Under the pieces are notes generated by a model, which was not told the origin of the DNA, did not search any database, and saw only the letters and a program-made list of their open reading frames with translations. The position numbers and the translations under genes are program-made. A stretch of DNA of 63,243 nt, the filler included, from Sanchytrium tribonematis (Eukaryota): the NCBI GenBank assembly GCA_018985235.1. It is 9 parts of 9 records of this genome, joined end to end, with 100 filler letters (N's around TTAATTAATTAA, not from the genome) between each part and the next. Parts side by side here need not be neighbours in the genome. Positions count along the whole stretch, not along the records: positions 53,961 to 58,552 come from JADGIG010000700.1; positions 58,653 to 63,243 come from JADGIG010000701.1; 7 more parts are not named here. One strand, given 5' to 3'. Shown here in pieces: positions 58,188 to 63,243 of this stretch. Position 1 is the first letter of the stretch, and every line of letters starts with the position of its first letter.

Positions 58188-58552
58188 ATGACTGTTTGCC
58201 GCTTTTTCTTACAAAATGGAAACTGTAGATTTGGAGAAAATTGCAGATTTTCACATGACATTGATGGTGGTGAGTATAATCAATACGAAAACGGCAGCAG
58301 AAATTTTGCTTACGATCAAGCTGGTTATCGCAATGACTCGAAAAACGGTAATCGTTATAATGATAGAAATTCAAAAGATTATTCTAACAAGCGGTATGAT
58401 AGCAATAGAGCCAATGATTTAACGCAACACGCTTCACAATTTGCAAACCAGCCACATCGACCACACTTTAGTTTTACCAATGCAGTGCGTACGGAACAGA
58501 CAAATAGATTTAATAATTTCTCATTTAAAAATATCAATAAGCAAGCGCCCAC
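58188..58552 (+). CDS. CCCH zinc-finger protein, Nup42/Amo1-like N-terminus; truncated
   Basis: MTVCRFFLQNGNCRFGENCRFSH then an N/R/D-rich low-complexity region. Confidence 0.6.
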
Positions 58553-58652
58553 NNNNNNNNNNNNNNNNNNNNNNNNNNNNNNNNNNNNNNNNNNNNTTAA
58601 TTAATTAANNNNNNNNNNNNNNNNNNNNNNNNNNNNNNNNNNNNNNNNNNNN

Positions 58653-59613
58653 TACCATTGAAGAAAAAGTTGAGATGACAAATTCCCATTTGCTTCCAAA
58701 ATTGAAAGAAAAGTATAGGGTCGACCTTAGACTATCGGAGGATATAAAAAACGTTTTAGTTGAAAGTTATTGCAGGGAATCTGGTGTCCGTCAGCTGTGG
58801 AAATCACTGGAAAAAATCGGTCAAGAATATATTCGGGAAGAAACTGTCAAATTAGAGAGTAAGGGGGATATTAAAGTTTCAGAAACTACGAAAGCCAACA
58901 CTTCCGAATTTGAACCTCCCAAAAATAACCTTCCAAATGTATTTGCTCCCAAAATGATAGACATGCCAACTTTGTCGAAGTATCTTGGCGCCCCAAAATA
59001 CACTGATCAAAGGTACAACTATCCGGTCCCTGGGGTCGTTATGGGACTAGCATGGACTTCTCTTGGAGGCTCCACCTTATATATTGAATGCATTCAAGAC
59101 TACTTAAGTGAAAAAGGGAAGGCTTCTTTTCAAATTACAGGACATTTAAAAACTGTTATGAAAGAATCGGCATCTATCGCTTATACTTATGCTAAACATC
59201 TTTTGGTTCAATACGATCCGAAAAATAACCTTTTAAAATCCCCGATCCACATTCATGTACCTGAAGGTGCTACTCCTAAAGATGGACCCTCCGCTGGTGT
59301 TACTATTACAACGGCGCTTTTATCTCTGGCCATTAATATTCCAGTTCCTATTCATTATGCGATGACTGGCGAATTGACTTTGACTGGAAAAGTTTTAAAA
59401 ATCGGCGGCTTACGTGAAAAAGTCATTGCCGCTAAACGTGCTAAAGTCACTCATGTCATCTTTCCTAAAGACAATTATGCTGATTGGGAAGATCTCCCAG
59501 CCAAAGTTAGAGACAATATTAATCCAGTTCCAGTGGAGTGGTATAGCGATGTCATTAAGGAAGTATTTCCTTCTATTTATTTGAAGACGGGCAATATTCA
59601 GATCAGACAATAA
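58653..59613 (+). CDS. PIM1: Lon protease (Pim1), C-terminal fragment
   Basis: YCRESGVR, PGVVMGLAWT, HIHVPEGATPKDGPSAG, IGGLREK. Confidence 0.93.
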
Positions 59614-59836
59614 ATTTATTTTATCTTGAGATCTTTGTTATCAAGTATTGGATGGCAGATGTAAGGATTTCATTGGGTTTGAAATTGCGCCATAGGAGAT
59701 ATTACCAATTGACATTTGAGGATTTCAGATGATTCAAAATATTTTCCTTTGATTGGTTTCAATTGCTTTCTTCGTTGGTTCTATGGCGCGACTTCTATTA
59801 TTTAAAAAGCTTTGTGGTTTAAGATATATTAGAAAA

Positions 59837-60233
59837 ATGAATGTGACTTGTCAATGGAATGGATGCTTTGTTGATTTGCCGATAGAAGAAATGGTGGATC
59901 ACGTTTCAAATACCCATATTGGCTACAAACGAAATGACACTTTTCAAGGGAAATGCAAGTGGATTTGTGTAAACCGGAACAACAACATACCCAACTGTAC
60001 TGAATGCCATTATACCGGAGGAAGTAGACATCTTTTGCTTTCTCATATTCGCAGACATTTTGAGACGAATGCCTACATTTGTGAAATTTGTAAAAAGGCT
60101 AGTTATAAATGGAAAGTAATAAAGATTAACGCAGCACGATATGCTCAAACACTCGAGAAAATGCAAGTCTAAGAAGTTTGAAAAGCTTGTAAACTTTCTC
60201 TTTGAGGGTGTGCCCTTGAACTTGACACAATAA
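59837..60233 (+). CDS. 125-aa PacC/Rim101-like three-zinc-finger protein (join 59837..60115, 60135..60233)
   Basis: TCQWNGC..HVSNTHIGYK..CKW..RHLLLSHIRRH..CEICKKASYKWKHDMLKH after splicing. Confidence 0.65.
60116..60134 (+). other. 19-nt spliceosomal intron
   Basis: GTAATAAAGATTAACGCAG; completes the third zinc finger. Confidence 0.88.
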
Positions 60234-60274
60234 ATTTATGAAACAAATATCCGATTGGGAGTAGGTAGAAATTT

Positions 60275-60287
60275 CACGTGAAAATTC
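60275..60287 (+). promoter_or_regulatory. Candidate ribosomal-protein promoter element CACGTGAAAATTC
   Basis: E-box starts 44 nt before the RPL20 ATG, as for RPS23. Confidence 0.5.
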
Positions 60288-60318
60288 AACTCTACTCCAA
60301 ATTATTCTAAATATAGTA

Positions 60319-60861
60319 ATGGCATTAAAAGAATATCAGGTTGTCGGAAGATTAAAGCCTAATGCAACTAAAAGAGCATCAGCTAATCCTGCTCTATATA
60401 GAATGAGAATTTTTGCACCTAGTCACGTTGTTGCAAAATCTAGATTCTGGTACTTTTTAAAGAAAATGAAGCGAGTCAAAAGAGCAAATGGAGAGGTTGT
60501 CTCTCTAAATGAATTACATGACACTAATCCAAGAACTGCAAAAACTTACGGAGTTTGGATCAGATACGACAGCAGAAGTGGAACTCATAATATGTACAAG
60601 GAATACAGGGCTTTAACTAGAGCAGAAGCAGTCGAAGCAACTTATAATGATATGGCTGCTAGACATAGAGCTAGATTTTCTTCCATTCATATCATCAATG
60701 TACAAGTAGTTAAAAGTTCTGACGTTAAGCGTCCTCATATTGCAATGCTATTGAAAGAGGATCTTAAATTTCCACTTGTTCACAATGTAGCCGGTGAAAA
60801 AGCAAAGGAGAAGAAATACAAGAGCAAATTTGTTGCTTATCGACCAAATACTTTTCAGTAA
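60319..60861 (+). CDS. RPL20: 60S ribosomal protein eL20 (L18a)
   Basis: LYRMRIFAP..VAKSRFWYFL, YDSRSGTHNMYKEYR, MAARHRAR; intronless. Confidence 0.98.
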   Translation: MALKEYQVVGRLKPNATKRASANPALYRMRIFAPSHVVAKSRFWYFLKKMKRVKRANGEVVSLNELHDTNPRTAKTYGVWIRYDSRSGTHNMYKEYRALTRAEAVEATYNDMAARHRARFSSIHIINVQVVKSSDVKRPHIAMLLKEDLKFPLVHNVAGEKAKEKKYKSKFVAYRPNTFQ

Positions 60862-60875
60862 AATAGTATGATTAT

Positions 60876-63243
60876 TTATTGCTGTTGGTTTGCTAGTTCT
60901 TTTTTCTCTCTTTCTGTTATAAGCTGAGAATACTTGTAAATATGTGATTCTTTGAGGGCTCTTAAATTAGAACAAAATTCATAGGCAGAGGATGTATTTT
61001 CAAGGTAAGGAAATTGATATTGAGTGCCTTGAAATTTCTCTATGGTTTTGGATTTTCTCAGCATTGTTTGTAATTTGTCTATATTTACCATGTTGTCAAT
61101 CATCTTCTGGTTACCGTCATTTATAAAAAATAAGTCTTTGGCCAACAGTCCTAAATAAAATCAAAATACCTAGAAATGGAATAAAAGGCTCATCATCAAA
61201 ATCTTTTTCCACTTTGTCAAATATCTGCCTGTAATTTTTGTAATTGCTTTGAGGGCTGACTATAGTTTCCAATTCTTGAAGTGTCTCTTTACTCTTCTCG
61301 CTCACTGCTTCCCAAGTCATTTTGAGCCGCGAGACAGCTGCCAAATTAAGACCAGAAACCACAGCTACTAGCGCATTGTAGTTTCTGTATCTCTCCAATT
61401 CCTTCGCTATTTTTATAAATTTTTCGATGAGCTTGATTCTTGGTTTTAACTCGGGTTGTGTAGCTATTTCGGTGGCAACCCAATAACTAAGCTGGTTAAA
61501 TTGTTGAATCATTTCGCTATAATTAACTAACTCAGCCGACACATCAGGGTTTCTCAGATCTCCCCACAGTTGAAGAAGTAACTCAAAAAATCGAATTTTG
61601 CAAAATTTTTCATACTCTACAACACATATTTGTTGGGCGATATCCGAAGCTTCAAAATCCGAAAAGTCTTTTCGCTTTCCAGAGACACTCAACTTTAATT
61701 TTGGTTGAGATATTTGAAAAATTCTTAATTCTAGATAAAAGCGGGACAATGCTGCTATCTCACAAAAGCTGTCATGAAGCTGTTGCTCTAACATAACGTC
61801 TTCTACTTCTGAAAACTCCGATAGCTCAAATAAAATAAATATTTTCTCAAGAACTCGTCTATTTTCTGCAATTTTAAAATCAAATGGGTATTCTTTTATC
61901 CATCGGAGAAGAATTTTCACAATACGGGCTCTAATTGGAGTTCTCCATTTTTTAAAATAAAGCTTGTCATCTTCCGATGGCTTCTCTGGTAGTACTGAAT
62001 TGAACCGAATAAGTAACTTATCAAGTGTGACAGATATTGTTGAAAAATGTCTACTACCAAGAATAAAGGCATCTACAAATGACTCGTCTGGAACACCATG
62101 CTCGTCGCAAAGCCTTTCTACAAACTTATCTATTTTCGCTGCTATGATGCAAAATCTACTGCGTTTATTTCCTTCGTCTATGCCGTATCTAATATTTGAG
62201 TTTGCATGAGAACTTGCCTCAATAATAACCTGGACATCGCTATTGTTTCTCTTTACGTCCATGCCAGTCATCTTTGCAATTTCATCTTGAATATTTGTTG
62301 CTTCAATTGGTGAAGTCATCCAAGCATCTTCATTGCTAGATCCTTTCGAGTTTACCTCGAGCTGAGAGTTGGAATTTTTCTCTTGATCAGTCAGCGTACC
62401 GTCGGAAACTTTGTCAGTATTCGTTCCTAAAGGAACAGGGGCAATAACACTACTGGAGGACGATTGTGTAAATAAGGTAGGTATTACATTGGAGGTATTG
62501 ACATTTTCTAATATCGGATCTTGTTTTCCACGCATCATTACACTTTTCCTTCTGCCCAATGTCGCATTTATGGTAGGACCCTGTGTTCCTTCTTTTGCAC
62601 TTGTTCTACGAGACGCATTAAGTGAGGTATCTGTAGATGATATGTCCTCTGGGAGAATATCAAGGGAGTCTTTGCGAAGGGTATTTTTAGTGTTTAATAA
62701 TTCTTGAATTTCTAGCGATGTTAAATCTGGTACAATATAACTTTTGGTGTCTAAAGCTGTAAAATCAACCATTTTTAATTCTTTAATAATCGTTGCAACC
62801 TCAGTAACATAGTCAGAAGATTTTTGATCTCTCGCACCACTTTGCAACAAGTCTCGAACCATGTCTCTCGTTTGCTGGTCATTCAATACAGAAACTAAAT
62901 ATAGTGTATTTGCAGCGGTATTAATACTTGCAACCCACCTTATCATTTCTTCATGGTTATCTGCTTCAAATGTGAACATATCTGAATCCAGCATGATATC
63001 AAAAGAAGCGACATTCGTAGGACTAGAATCCACGACTGCCAGTGAATTTTTGGTCAACTGTAGCTTTTTAACTAATTGCTGCCTAGTCAAATTTTTATAC
63101 ATTAACAATTCATAATCCCGCAGCTCGATGAAGTAAGATGTAGTGGACTGCGTACTAACAGAATTTAGACAAGCTTTGACGTGACCTTGCGCAACAGATG
63201 GATGAAGCATTTTAAGCATCAATTTTGCATTCACCTTTTCCTT
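60876..63243 (-). CDS. PH-domain RasGEF (REM + CDC25), 5' truncated (join >63243..61170, 61150..60876)
   Basis: PH FEADNHEEMIRWVASI; DIAQQICVVE; RNYNALVAVVSGL; IPFLGLLAKDLFFINDGN after splicing. Confidence 0.9.
61151..61169 (-). other. 19-nt spliceosomal intron
   Basis: GTATTTTGATTTTATTTAG (minus strand); restores PFLGLLAKDL. Confidence 0.95.

Noticed and set aside
25400..58652. Regularly spaced TTAATTAATTAA flanked by Ns every ~4.7 kb
   Set aside because: Artificial six-frame-stop linkers joining size-sorted contigs; not a biological repeat or array, and gene neighbourhoods across them are meaningless.

Overview
This is eukaryotic nuclear DNA from a very compact, AT-rich genome using the standard genetic code. 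The gene mix is fungal-type (sphingolipid C9-methyltransferase, Mid1, PacC-like finger, TrpG-TrpC) plus genes typical of animals and early-branching opisthokonts (pecanex, TMEM164, IQSEC, PX-SGK, paladin). An early-diverging fungus is the most likely source (inference). The window is nine contigs joined by artificial 100-nt N/TTAATTAATTAA/N spacers: one of at least 25.4 kb, then eight of about 4.6 kb. Adjacency across spacers is meaningless. It holds about 45 densely packed genes. Main observations: (1) 14 spliceosomal GT-AG introns, all 19-20 nt, with an invariant T-N-A-Y branch motif (A at -6). There is one per gene, always 65-540 nt upstream of the stop codon. (2) A 4.6-kb cassette in which a divergent kinase-like gene and an Upf1-like SF1 helicase gene are bracketed by ~125-bp inverted repeats, with no transposase. 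(3) A decayed Tc1 element nested in a decayed pogo element. (4) A TrpE-TrpG-TrpC fusion. (5) Three small secreted cationic peptide genes beside a modular LRR protein, one with an in-frame TGA in a hairpin loop. (6) Stop codons fused into AATAAA signals. (7) A CACGTG motif at the same position upstream of both ribosomal protein genes. All product calls come from motif recognition by eye, not database searches.
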